Below, piece by piece: positions 38,543-48,616 of a DNA stretch of 64,000 bases; the stretch's first letter is position 1, and the number at the start of each line of letters is the position of its first letter. The stretch comes from Armatimonadota bacterium (GTDB lineage Bacteria; Armatimonadota; SYMT01): the NCBI GenBank assembly GCA_041690135.1, contig JAWLHY010000002.1:128001-192000 (forward strand), written 5' to 3'. The position numbers and the translations under genes were made by a program. The notes under the pieces are model-generated. The model had not been told where the DNA came from. It did no database searches and saw only the letters and a list, made by a program, of their open reading frames with translations.

Positions 38543-39589
38543 CTACCCCCGAGGACCGGGGTGGGGCGTGGTGAGGGGCTTTTCGGCGATGTAGACCCAC
38601 GTGTGCACGTGCGGCGCGCCGCGGAAATACCACACCATGGTGGGGCCTTCGAGGCGCCAGACATCCCAGACCTTGTCGTTGCCGACATCTTCCGCCTGGT
38701 AGAACGCCATGTTCAGGCTCTGGAGACCGCCGTTGGCTTTAATGTAGCGCCGGGCCTCGTCCTGGTCCGCCTTGCGGATCGGGGCCAGCAGGTCTTCCAG
38801 CACTTTGCCCACCAGCTCCCGCTGGTCGCGGCTCATGTCGGCAACCGGCAGGCCGGGCCGCTCCTCCTTCGCCCGGGAAAGCAGGGTGCGGGGGGTCTCC
38901 TGCGGCACGCCGGTGGTTACCAGCGCCTTCTCCCGCTGCTTGCCGTCGAGGGCGGTGAACACCTCGTTGGCCCGCACCGCCTGGTACCAGTAGACGTTCC
39001 CCGGGTGGTCCGGCTTCTCGTTGAAACTCTCCGCCGCGTGGCCGTAGAAGATGGGACCGCCGAACGCCACGCCCGGCTCGCTGTTGCCGTCCACGCGCAT
39101 CGTCAGGTGGCGGCCGGTGAGCACCCACTCGAACTGGTCCGTCGCCGGCTTGCCGAAGATCGCGACGTTGTAGGCGTTGAGTCCCTCGGGACCGGCGTCG
39201 TCCCGCATCTGCTTCAGGCGCTTTTGCACCCACTCCTCGGAGGAGTGCGACTGCTTGAAGATGGCGGTAATGATCTCCTGCTGCTCCGGCTTGAAGAACT
39301 TGCCGATGGTCTGCGGCACGATGTGCCAGTTATTGGAGATCATCAGGCGCTTCGGATGATCCCAGCCGAAGCAGACCGCGCTCTTCTGCTCGTCGGAAAG
39401 GGTGCCGTAGAGCTGGGCGACCAGTGACTCCTGGCTGCCGGCCGGCGCGGCCGCAGCCGGTCGGGCGGTGGCGAAGAGCGGAAGGCTGCCCGCTGCCCCC
39501 GCGACGGCCGCGGCTCCCAGCCCCTTCAGCAATTCGCGGCGGCTGATCCCGTCGCAGTCCGGGCAGTGGTCCAACGGTTTCTCTGACAT
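38543..39589 (-). CDS. DUF3500 domain protein, Tat-exported
   Basis: ISRRELLKG Tat motif; LYGTLSDEQK, YNVAIFGKP, FEWVLTGRHLT, FGGPIFYG, WRLEGP, PHVHTW; RBS GGAGG. Confidence 0.85.
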   Translation of the reverse strand: MSEKPLDHCPDCDGISRRELLKGLGAAAVAGAAGSLPLFATARPAAAAPAGSQESLVAQLYGTLSDEQKSAVCFGWDHPKRLMISNNWHIVPQTIGKFFKPEQQEIITAIFKQSHSSEEWVQKRLKQMRDDAGPEGLNAYNVAIFGKPATDQFEWVLTGRHLTMRVDGNSEPGVAFGGPIFYGHAAESFNEKPDHPGNVYWYQAVRANEVFTALDGKQREKALVTTGVPQETPRTLLSRAKEERPGLPVADMSRDQRELVGKVLEDLLAPIRKADQDEARRYIKANGGLQSLNMAFYQAEDVGNDKVWDVWRLEGPTMVWYFRGAPHVHTWVYIAEKPLTTPHPGPRG

Positions 39590-39674
39590 GGAGTGCCTCC
39601 TCAGGCGGTGAAAAGATCCATTTCCAAGGACGTTGAATAGGGGCATTCGGTTTACCTTCCGGATGCGTACAGCA

Positions 39675-39735
39675 AAAACAGCCTCGCCGGGTGCGGGGAT
39701 CCTGAATCCCCCGGGGCACCGGGTGAGGCTGTTTT
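39675..39735 (-). terminator. Intrinsic terminator with a nested internal hairpin
   Basis: AAAACAGCCTCGCC...GGTGAGGCTGTTTT with T-tracts on both strands; the loop contains GGGGAT-CCTGA-ATCCCC flanked by GGTGC/GCACC. Confidence 0.65.
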
Positions 39736-39805
39736 CTTCGTTTGTCGCCCTTCCAGCCCAGACGTCCCCAGACTCCCGGCAAGCTCAAACCTTAAGAGAG
39801 CGCCT

Positions 39806-40279
<474 letters not shown>

Positions 40280-40293
40280 AGCCGGACCTCTCC

Positions 40294-41007
40294 CTACAGC
40301 GTGCCGCCTTCGGGCCAGTTTCGCCAATCGGTGTTGGGGTCGGCGGTCGGCCGGTAGCGGGAGGCGTCCCCGGTGACCAGTACATCCGCGATCATCCGGA
40401 ACGTCTCGGACTGGCTGGGCAGCTCGTCGCTGGCCAGGTCCGGGTGGTGCCATTCGTCCAGGCGCAGGATCTGGGGAAGGTCGGCGGGGATGCGCGCCCG
40501 CAGCTCTTCCTCGGTGGCGAGGAGGAGCTCCCGGTGCTCCGGCAGCAGGCTGCGGAGCAGGTCGGCGCCGCGAATCTCGGGCGGCGCAACCAGCTCGATG
40601 CCTTTTGCCGCCAGGGCGTCCGGAGCCAGGTGCAGAGGCACGACCTGGTCCCGAAGGGTGAGCGACCGGGCCTCGGGAAGCACCACCTCGCTGCACTCGT
40701 CCTCAAACGTGGGGCCGTCGGGCCCCTCGGAAACAGGATGGAGGAAGTCCTCGTTCGCCGTGCCGGGCGCCCGCTTCAGGCAGTTTCCGAACAGGTGGAG
40801 GGCGTTATCGAACCCGTCGAACCCTCCTGCCCGCGGGCTGTACCCGACCACCTCGATCACCAGCGCCCACCGCTCCGGATCCCGGTAAGCGGTCAACCGC
40901 ACCGTGCCCAGGTAAACGTAGCCGTTGTCCAGCATCGGGAAGGTGTATTCCCGCGCGCAGGCATCGAACTGCTGCAGGATCTCGTCGAAGTTGTAGGCGC
41001 TAGTCAT
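40294..41007 (-). CDS. Conserved hypothetical protein (DUF7003-like)
   Basis: FPMLDNGYVYL...RLTAYR...WALVIEVVGYSPR...LRLDEWHHPD...PSQSETF...PNTDWRNWPEGGTL. Confidence 0.7.
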   Translation of the reverse strand: MTSAYNFDEILQQFDACAREYTFPMLDNGYVYLGTVRLTAYRDPERWALVIEVVGYSPRAGGFDGFDNALHLFGNCLKRAPGTANEDFLHPVSEGPDGPTFEDECSEVVLPEARSLTLRDQVVPLHLAPDALAAKGIELVAPPEIRGADLLRSLLPEHRELLLATEEELRARIPADLPQILRLDEWHHPDLASDELPSQSETFRMIADVLVTGDASRYRPTADPNTDWRNWPEGGTL

Positions 41008-41207
41008 GGGGAGTAAGGGGGAGTAAGGGGGCCCTGCGTCAACTTTGCGATTGGCACTCGTCAGGCCAACCCCATTCGTAGGGGCACCGGCTCTGGTTGC
41101 CCTGTCCTGAACGAGATCAGCGCGTGCAAAACCGTAGTCACCGGTGGGCACGGAGCCGGCCAGTTGCTCGCCCACCTGCCGACCCCGCCTCACCCGTTTC
41201 CACGCTC

Positions 41208-41579
41208 CTACGTGTCGTGGACACCCGCACCCGCGCGCGCCCGACCCGCAGGGAATGCGACCACCAGGTGCCCCGCCGCGCACCCTCCCCACATGCAGAA
41301 CAGGAGAAGACCGCTCTCATCCCCCTTACTGAAGAACCGGTAAAGCCCCATCCCCGCCCACGCCAGCAGTAACCCCACCGCAACGCGCGAAGTCGCCCTC
41401 CGGCGCCGCCCGCCCAGCGTCCCCGAAAGGGTGCCGGCCAGCAACCCGGAGGCCAGACCCACTGTATTGATTACCCATGCGGACGGAATGCCGAGGGATT
41501 TGGCGAGGAACCCCAGGGTCAGTGCGAGTAGCCAGAATACCAGGGCGGCGGCCTGGAAGGGGTGCCGGCGGACCATCAC
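41208..41579 (-). CDS. Small multi-pass membrane protein
   Basis: Four hydrophobic segments; start overlaps the stop of the upstream binding-protein gene. Confidence 0.6.
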   Translation of the reverse strand: MMVRRHPFQAAALVFWLLALTLGFLAKSLGIPSAWVINTVGLASGLLAGTLSGTLGGRRRRATSRVAVGLLLAWAGMGLYRFFSKGDESGLLLFCMWGGCAAGHLVVAFPAGRARAGAGVHDT

Positions 41580-42619
41580 TTCCCTCCGCGGATGACCTCG
41601 AGCGGCACCAGGAACTCACGCCCGGCCGGGACCTTCCCTTCCAGCACGCCCACGGCCGCGCGGACCCCGTACTTGCCCATCAGGTCGGGATGCTGCTCGA
41701 TGGTGGCGTGCATCTCTCCGCTCTTCAGGTAGGGCTGCACGTCCGGGATGTTGTCGTATCCCACCACGGTGACCTGTCCCTTCTTGCCGGCTTCGCTGAT
41801 CGCCTTGAGCGCGCCGAGCGCCATCTTATCGTTCGCGCAGAAGAGGCCCCGGATCTCCGGGTGGGCCGCCAGCATGGACTGGAACTTAGCGTAGGCCTTC
41901 TGGGTATCCCACTCCGCGGCCTCGGAGGCCACCGTGTCCAGCTTACCCTGTGCTCCTTCCGCGAAGCCGCGCTTCCGGGCCTCGGCGTTGTCCACGCCCC
42001 GGATGCCCTCCAGCACCGCCACCTTGCCGCTGCCGCCGAGCGCCTCGGCCAGCGCCGTGCCGGCCAGTTTGCCGCCCTCCTGGTTGTCCGCCCCGATGTA
42101 GGCCGCCAGTTCCAGCCCCGCCGACCGCCCGGTCTCCGGATCGACGCGGTTATCCAGGTTGATTACGCGGATCCCCTTCTCCTGGGCCTGCTTCAGCGCG
42201 GGCACGATCCCCTTGCTGTCGGCCGGCGCGATAAGGATCGCCTCCGCGCCGCGGGCCGTCACGTCCTGCACCAGGGCGAACTGCCGCTCCTTATCGCTCT
42301 CCTGGGCGGGCGCCTGGACCTCCAGTTCCACGCCCAGTGCTTTCGCCTCGGCCTCCGCCGCCGCGATCATGGGGGTGAAGAACGGGTTGTTGCGGGTCTT
42401 CACGATCAGCGCGATCTTGTACGGCTTCGAGGCCTTCTCCACCCCGTCCAGCTCCGCCTGGGTCAGCTTCTCGGCCTCCGCCGGCGCGCCGGCGGCGGGG
42501 GCATTGGAGCCGGCGGCGGAGGGTGCCGCTTCGGGTGAGGTCGCGGGCTCCTCTTTCCCACAGCCGGCCGTCAGCAGGAGCGCGAGGGAGACTCCCCAGA
42601 GAGTGGTTTTCCGTTGCAT
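41576..42619 (-). CDS. Sugar ABC transporter substrate-binding lipoprotein (RbsB-like)
   Basis: Lipobox LTAGC; NNPFF, YIGADNQEGG, CANDKMALGA, VVGYD, ATIEQHP. Confidence 0.92.
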   Translation of the reverse strand: MQRKTTLWGVSLALLLTAGCGKEEPATSPEAAPSAAGSNAPAAGAPAEAEKLTQAELDGVEKASKPYKIALIVKTRNNPFFTPMIAAAEAEAKALGVELEVQAPAQESDKERQFALVQDVTARGAEAILIAPADSKGIVPALKQAQEKGIRVINLDNRVDPETGRSAGLELAAYIGADNQEGGKLAGTALAEALGGSGKVAVLEGIRGVDNAEARKRGFAEGAQGKLDTVASEAAEWDTQKAYAKFQSMLAAHPEIRGLFCANDKMALGALKAISEAGKKGQVTVVGYDNIPDVQPYLKSGEMHATIEQHPDLMGKYGVRAAVGVLEGKVPAGREFLVPLEVIRGGK

Positions 42620-42623
42620 AGCT

Positions 42624-43829
42624 TTAACTCTTTCGAAGGCGGTCCACCATGACCGCGAGCACGATGACGATACCGACGACCACCCCCTGCAGGGTGTCCT
42701 GAACCCCCACCAGTACCAGCCCGGCGTTCAGCACGGCGATGGTGAGTGCACCGACCAGGCTCCCGACGATACTGCCCCGGCCGCCGCTGAGGCTGGTCCC
42801 GCCCAGCACCACCGCGGCGATGGCGTTGAGCTCCGCGCCCATCCCGGCGCCGGTGTCGGCCACCTGGAACTTGGCGGTCAGCACCACGGCGGCGATGCCC
42901 GCTCCGAGGCCCGAGAGCAGGTAGGCGAGGGTCTTGTACCCCAGTATGTTCACGCCGCTGAGGCGCGCGGCCTCCTCGTTGGCGCCGATGGCCTGGACCA
43001 TGCGCCCCGGCCGGGTCCGCGCCTGGAGCACGGCCGCCAGCACCACCACGACCAGGGCAATCAACACCAGGGGCGCCCCCTGCCCCAGGCTGCCCAGCCG
43101 CGCCGGCAGGCCGGAGACACTGTTGCCGTCGGTCGCGTAAACGGTCAGCCCGCGCGCGGCCGTGAGCATTCCCAGGGTGACCACGAAGGAGGGGACCTTT
43201 CCGAAAGAGACGACCGCGCCGTTGATGAGCCCGCACCCCAGGCCCACGGCGAGCGCCGCCAGGATCGCCCCTTCTAGCCGGATGCCTCCACGCGTTAGCT
43301 GAAGGATGAGGAACCCACCCAGCGCCGTCGCCACAACGGCCGCCAGGGAACTGGCGGCCCCAGTGACAACCTCTGGACGCACCCACCCCCGACGGCCGGC
43401 CCGCTCACCAGCTAAGCCGCCTTCCCCTTGCGGCCCATAACCTTCAACCTTCCACCTGCAACTCGCAACCCTTCCCACCAGGGTTGCGGCGATGGCGCCG
43501 AAGGGGACCGCCATCAGCAGCGCCAGGAAAGGCGGGGGGCCCTCCGTGACCGTGAGACCGAGTGCTACGCCGCAGAGCGCCATCACCGACCCCACGGAGA
43601 GATCGATCCCCCCGGTGAGGATCACGAAGGTAAGGCCCGTCGCCAGGATCACGTTGGTGGCCGCCTGCTGGAGCAGGTTCGGCAGGTACTCCCGGGTCCA
43701 GAACGTCCGCGCAAAGTCCGGATGAAGGGAGAAGCCCCCGCAGACGAGCGCCAGCAGTAGCCACGGCCGCAGCGTGCGGGCCAGGCCTTCCGGGAGAACG
43801 GTAGTTTTTTTTGTCGGTGTGAGGGACAT
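42624..43829 (-). CDS. Sugar ABC transporter permease (RbsC-like) with an internal insertion
   Basis: VILTGGIDLSVGS, VPSFVVTLGM, AIGANEEAARLSGVN, ELNAIAAVVLGGTSLSGGRG. Confidence 0.92.
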   Translation of the reverse strand: MSLTPTKKTTVLPEGLARTLRPWLLLALVCGGFSLHPDFARTFWTREYLPNLLQQAATNVILATGLTFVILTGGIDLSVGSVMALCGVALGLTVTEGPPPFLALLMAVPFGAIAATLVGRVASCRWKVEGYGPQGEGGLAGERAGRRGWVRPEVVTGAASSLAAVVATALGGFLILQLTRGGIRLEGAILAALAVGLGCGLINGAVVSFGKVPSFVVTLGMLTAARGLTVYATDGNSVSGLPARLGSLGQGAPLVLIALVVVVLAAVLQARTRPGRMVQAIGANEEAARLSGVNILGYKTLAYLLSGLGAGIAAVVLTAKFQVADTGAGMGAELNAIAAVVLGGTSLSGGRGSIVGSLVGALTIAVLNAGLVLVGVQDTLQGVVVGIVIVLAVMVDRLRKS

Positions 43830-43998
43830 CAAATGCCGTGATTTATGTCGGGCCCGATCGCAACCGCCAATGGGACGCTGCGCGGGCCAACGCGAAATCG
43901 CGAAAGGGCGAAATCGCGAAAGTGCAAAGAACGCAGGCGGAGGCACCCGGCCTGACCTCTAAACGACACAGTTGCCCCACGTCCCAGGTCAAAGTCCA

Positions 43999-46380
43999 TC
44001 AGTCTGCATAGGCCTGGAGCTCGGCACAGGAGGCGAAGGCCTGCTTGGGATTATCGCCGTGAGCGGGCTTGCCGACGATGCGCACCGCTATTGCTCGGAC
44101 CGGTTCCCGCAGGCGCAGCGTGAAGAGTTGCTCCTCCTTGAGGCCGCGGGAATCGGTGGATGTGGTGGCGGGATACTCGTCCAGGGTGCCGACCGGGAAC
44201 CAGGGGCCGCCCCTCTCGTGCTGTACCTCCACCCGGGGCTTGCCGGCGGAAGCGTCGAACCAGCCGCCGTCGTGGAAGGTTTTGCCGTGGGCATACACCA
44301 CCCGCCGGATCTCGATCGGCTCCGTTCGCTCCACGGCGAACCAGTCTTCCTCGCGCGGCTGGTTGTCGAACGTGACCACGAACGTCGCGGGGTCGCCGTC
44401 CGAGATCTCGCCGACCACGTTCCCAACGCGGGACCGGGTCTCCTCCGCGAAGGCGAAAGGAGAGGTTGCCTTGGGTAGCGGCGCGTCGGGCGCCCGCAGC
44501 CAGACGGCATAGCGACCACCGGTGCTGCCCGCCTCCGCGAACGGCACCAGGCGCGCCGGCGCCACGCGGCCCTGGGCGTCCGCCACGGGAGCGGAGAAGG
44601 AGACGGGGGAGTCGGCCGCGACCTGCTGCGAGATCTCGGCGGCGGACTGGTCGGTCAGGCCGAGGGCGCGCGGCGAGGGAAGGCGCGGGTTTCGGGCTCC
44701 GTCCACGGCCAGGACCATCGGCCCGTAGGTGAGCGCGGCCCGTCCGGCGTTCCCGTGGCTGCCCGGTATCAGGCGCACCGGCACGGAGAAGGAGACGCGG
44801 AGACGGTCGCCGTCCCGCCACTGGCGGACCGGCAGCACCAGCCAGCCGTCGTAGGGGGCAGGCCGGGAGACCCGGTCCCCGATCTGCACGGAAAGCGGCT
44901 GCGCCCAGGCCGGGGCCCGGAAGCGGAGGCCGAAGCGAACCGGGCGTGGGGTGCGGATCGTCAGCTCCGACTGGCCGGAGAACTTCCCCTCCGTCCCCAC
45001 CGCCTGCGGGAAGAGGGTCTGCTGCTCCAGGGTGATTTGAGCCTCTCCCATGGGCAGGGTGGCGGTGGAGGCCTCAAAGAGGTTCACCACTACGGTATCC
45101 GGTCCGGCTCCGGGCTTCCGCTGCCGGAGATAGGCCAGTTGAGGCGCCATCGCCATGCCGCGCGGACCGCTGGAGACGCAGCAGTTGATGCCGGGGCCGT
45201 AGGGCTTGGTCCCCTCCAGGGAGGTGTAGTAGCACCAGTGGGCGCCGTCCGGCCGTTGGGCCGCGGCGAGGTGGTTGTAGTAGGAGCGCTCCAGCTCGTC
45301 CGCGTACCGGGCCTCCCCGGTGAGACGCAAAAGCTGGGTGTTGAGCTGGATCCAGGTAACGGTGACGCAGGTCTCTCCCACGTTCGCCCCCATGGCGTTC
45401 GGCAGCTCGTGCGGCTCGTGGAAGTGCTCGAAGTGGCTGGCGCTGCCGGTGAGGTAGAGGTGGTTGGCGACCACGTCTTCCCAGGCGATCACCGCGGGCT
45501 GCAGGTACTGTCGGTCTCCCGTCACTCGCGCCAGCTCGCAGAGGCCCACCAGGTTCGAGAGCATCTCGTAGGCCTTGGCGTTGGCCGTTTTGCGGACCGC
45601 TTTCTCCGCGAGGAGCGCGCTCATCAACCGCGGCCCGCTCGGCTCATCCCACGCGCGGACCAGGTACTTCGCAAACTCCCGGTAGCGCCCGTCTCCGGTG
45701 GTGCGGTAGAGGATGACCATCGGTTCCAGCACGCTGGTGGAGGCCATCCCCACGTGGGTCCCGGCCGCCAGGATGCTCTTCTTATCGGGGCCGAAGGTCT
45801 TGAGGAGGAGGTCCCCGATCTTGCGGGAGGCCTCCAGCGCCTCGGCGCGGCCCGTGTAGTGATAGTAGGTGAGCAGACCGATCAGGTTGTACTTGTGGAC
45901 CCACACGTCCCAGTCCGCGCCCGGGTACTTCCCGAACCGCTGCGTGGGCACGTAGGTGCCCAGGTAGCCGTCCGGCTCCTGGGTCTTCAGCAGTTCCGTT
46001 ACCACCCGGTCGAGTTTCCGGCGCAGCCCGGAGTCGCCGGTGTTCACCCAGGCCAGCGTGGCGGCGTGCAGCCACTTGCCCACATGCTCGCCGACCCAGG
46101 CCTGTTCCCCCGGCCGATTGCGGAACCCGGCGAGCAGGGCGTCTTCATTCACGCGCAGGAGGCGGTTCTTCTCGTTGTTCTCGACGCGCTTGCCCAGGTA
46201 GCCGGTCAGCTTCACCGCGTCCGGCGGCAGGAACTCCAGCACGTCCGGCAGCTTCGCCTCTACGCGGTACGGCACTGGAGTGGCCGGCGGCGCGGGCGCC
46301 TGGGCATTGCCCACCGCCGCTACGGCGCCCAGCAACACAGATCCAAACATCGCCGGATATCGCATCGAACCCTCTCCCAT
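43999..46380 (-). CDS. GH127-family beta-L-arabinofuranosidase-like glycoside hydrolase
   Basis: Signal peptide; GEHVGKWL, QEPDGYLG, ETCVTVTW, NCCVSSGPRG, YGPMVLA. Confidence 0.88.
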   Translation of the reverse strand: MGEGSMRYPAMFGSVLLGAVAAVGNAQAPAPPATPVPYRVEAKLPDVLEFLPPDAVKLTGYLGKRVENNEKNRLLRVNEDALLAGFRNRPGEQAWVGEHVGKWLHAATLAWVNTGDSGLRRKLDRVVTELLKTQEPDGYLGTYVPTQRFGKYPGADWDVWVHKYNLIGLLTYYHYTGRAEALEASRKIGDLLLKTFGPDKKSILAAGTHVGMASTSVLEPMVILYRTTGDGRYREFAKYLVRAWDEPSGPRLMSALLAEKAVRKTANAKAYEMLSNLVGLCELARVTGDRQYLQPAVIAWEDVVANHLYLTGSASHFEHFHEPHELPNAMGANVGETCVTVTWIQLNTQLLRLTGEARYADELERSYYNHLAAAQRPDGAHWCYYTSLEGTKPYGPGINCCVSSGPRGMAMAPQLAYLRQRKPGAGPDTVVVNLFEASTATLPMGEAQITLEQQTLFPQAVGTEGKFSGQSELTIRTPRPVRFGLRFRAPAWAQPLSVQIGDRVSRPAPYDGWLVLPVRQWRDGDRLRVSFSVPVRLIPGSHGNAGRAALTYGPMVLAVDGARNPRLPSPRALGLTDQSAAEISQQVAADSPVSFSAPVADAQGRVAPARLVPFAEAGSTGGRYAVWLRAPDAPLPKATSPFAFAEETRSRVGNVVGEISDGDPATFVVTFDNQPREEDWFAVERTEPIEIRRVVYAHGKTFHDGGWFDASAGKPRVEVQHERGGPWFPVGTLDEYPATTSTDSRGLKEEQLFTLRLREPVRAIAVRIVGKPAHGDNPKQAFASCAELQAYAD

Positions 46381-46457
46381 AAACCGTCAACCGCAGGTGA
46401 AGCCCTTAACCAGGTGGTACGAGCCAGTAACCGAAGCCGGCCAGAACCTGTTCTGTA

Positions 46458-47282
46458 TCACGCCATTCTATCGTTCAATATTAACTCGGCCGCACGGCGC
46501 ACGATCGGCGCAGGGTCGCAGGCGTAAAGCCCCGCGCAACTGAAGCCGTTCAACTCCAGGAGATAGTATCGACCGTCTGACTCGCAGACGTCGGCAACAA
46601 AGATCGGATCGGGCCGCCAGCGCACGGTAGCGAGTACTTCTCCAATGAAGTCCGCGACTTCCGGAGGGCAGCCGGTCACGACATCGATGGCTTCGACCGT
46701 GCGGTAGCGGCTTGCCGCCAGCACTTCTTCTCCGGAGACCACCAGTCTCCATTCTGCTCCAATCCGGCGCGGAGCCGCGACCACTACCAGGGGTTCCGGG
46801 TCGTAGCGCGCCGGCGCCAGGGCGTCGCCAAACGCCTCCCGATCCACCAGGCGGCCGGTGAAGCGCTTGTCTCCCGTGTCCGGCCGCAGAAACACCTGCC
46901 CGTCACGGCCAAATAGCTCGAACAACCAGTTCCCAAGGCGCAGCGCCTCGTAGCTCGGCAGTAGCGCGTACCGGGAGTTCAACAGGTACTCGCCCAGGTG
47001 CGCCGCATAGACGGACCACCGCAGCCGCTCAGCCGTACACCATCCCAGCGGTTTCCACTCAGACCGCTGCTCCCGCAGGTATGCCAGCAGGGCATACGAG
47101 CTTTGCACCAGCACCGGGACCCGCTGTTCCGTGATTTCCCGCAGGAGCGTATCGTGGGGGTTGTTGACCAGGCTCTGGAATCGAACGACGTGATAGGTCA
47201 TCCCTTGCCGACGGATTTCCGCCTTCAGGGGTTCGAGAGAGGTGCCGAAGGCATCCGCTTCGATCAACCAGGTCAGCACCAT
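46458..47282 (-). CDS. ATP-grasp domain protein (R2K / DUF4343-like)
   Basis: FLRPDTGDKRFTG, EWRLVV, ASRY, FVADVC, LLELNGFSCAGLYACD. Confidence 0.75.
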   Translation of the reverse strand: MVLTWLIEADAFGTSLEPLKAEIRRQGMTYHVVRFQSLVNNPHDTLLREITEQRVPVLVQSSYALLAYLREQRSEWKPLGWCTAERLRWSVYAAHLGEYLLNSRYALLPSYEALRLGNWLFELFGRDGQVFLRPDTGDKRFTGRLVDREAFGDALAPARYDPEPLVVVAAPRRIGAEWRLVVSGEEVLAASRYRTVEAIDVVTGCPPEVADFIGEVLATVRWRPDPIFVADVCESDGRYYLLELNGFSCAGLYACDPAPIVRRAAELILNDRMA

Positions 47283-47297
47283 GGGAAACACTCCCGG

Positions 47298-48413
47298 CTA
47301 CCGTCGTCCGATGCCGAACTGGTCGCCGGCACGAACCGGTTTGCCGTCCCGGAAGTGGATCTCCAGCACTTTCTCGCTGTGCACCGGGCGCCCCGTTTCG
47401 TCCGTGAGGGTCGCGACGATGCGGCGGGTCTTTGTATCGATGATCTCGCCGGTCGAGGGGTAGGCGTGCTTGCCGTCCAGGCTGAAGGTCACCCAGCCGG
47501 GTTGGTCGCGGAGCTTGAGGCTGGCTACTTGGCGGGGCGGCAGCTTCTGATTGTCGAAGATGTGGACCCGCTCGTTGGAGGCATCCACGACCCAGACTTC
47601 CTTCTCATCCGGTGTGAGCCCCACCCCGTGGCTGGGGCAGCCGTGCCGCTTGATCGGGCCCTGTTGGTAACCCTGGACCTCCACCCGGTGGATCATCTTT
47701 CCCGACTTCAGATCCCCGATCTCGAAGCCGAGCAGCCCGTTGACACAGACGAAGGCGAGGCTCTGGTCGCGATTGATCGTGAAGGGACGGATGGAGCCGC
47801 TGAACGGGCCGACCTGCGCTGTTACCTGGTGGGAGCGCGTATCGGCGACGAACAGCATCGGCGACTTGAGGCCGCCCATGTAGACCCGCTTGCCGTCGGC
47901 CCCGTAAACGGTGTTGTGCGCTCCAGAGTGGGTGACCACCTTCGCCAGCAGGTTGCCGGTTTCGGCATCCACGGCGTTCCAGTGCGGGCCTTCGAAAGAG
48001 GGCAGGTACATCACCTTCCCATCCGGGGAGAGCGACATCCGGTCGCATCCGCCCTCGTAAACCTTCTCCCACACCGGCTTCTCGGTCAGCAAGTCGAGGC
48101 AGAGCAGGCGCTGGGGCGTGCTGACGTACAGCTTGCCGGTCTTCGCGCTGGCGCAGACGCCCTTCACGTTCTCGGCCGGCTTCTCCTCAACCACGGGGAA
48201 CGTGGGGATGCGCTTCACGAAGCGGTAGTTGTCGTCCCGGTCGAAGACCAGCACGCCCACGCCGCCGTACTCCACGTAGTTGCGGATGCCCGGCGAGGCC
48301 ACATACAGGTAGCGCTGCGTCTTCCCGGCGGCGTGGGGCGGCGGCGAGGACGCTAACAAGAGGGTGCCGGTCAGCAGGGCGGTGGCGGAAACGAGGATCT
48401 TCGGAAGTTTCAT
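47298..48413 (-). CDS. YncE-like beta-propeller protein, secreted
   Basis: Signal peptide; LSPDGK, HNT, HGVGLTPDEKEVWV, WVTFSLDGKHAY repeats. Confidence 0.8.
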   Translation of the reverse strand: MKLPKILVSATALLTGTLLLASSPPPHAAGKTQRYLYVASPGIRNYVEYGGVGVLVFDRDDNYRFVKRIPTFPVVEEKPAENVKGVCASAKTGKLYVSTPQRLLCLDLLTEKPVWEKVYEGGCDRMSLSPDGKVMYLPSFEGPHWNAVDAETGNLLAKVVTHSGAHNTVYGADGKRVYMGGLKSPMLFVADTRSHQVTAQVGPFSGSIRPFTINRDQSLAFVCVNGLLGFEIGDLKSGKMIHRVEVQGYQQGPIKRHGCPSHGVGLTPDEKEVWVVDASNERVHIFDNQKLPPRQVASLKLRDQPGWVTFSLDGKHAYPSTGEIIDTKTRRIVATLTDETGRPVHSEKVLEIHFRDGKPVRAGDQFGIGRR

Positions 48414-48616
48414 GGCCCGGACTCCGGTGTCGGCAGGATGATAGTTATTCTTCCCGCAGGGATGCCGGAAACTCCTCCGGATGCATCGTCCCGGTGTTTC
48501 CCCGGTCGCTGGAGGGCACGTGGGCCCCTGCCCCGGATCATGGCATCCCTCGTCACTCGGGTCTCTACCAGAGCCTGCCGGAATACCGTTAGGGCCTCCG
48601 TAGGGAAGGAAAGCCC

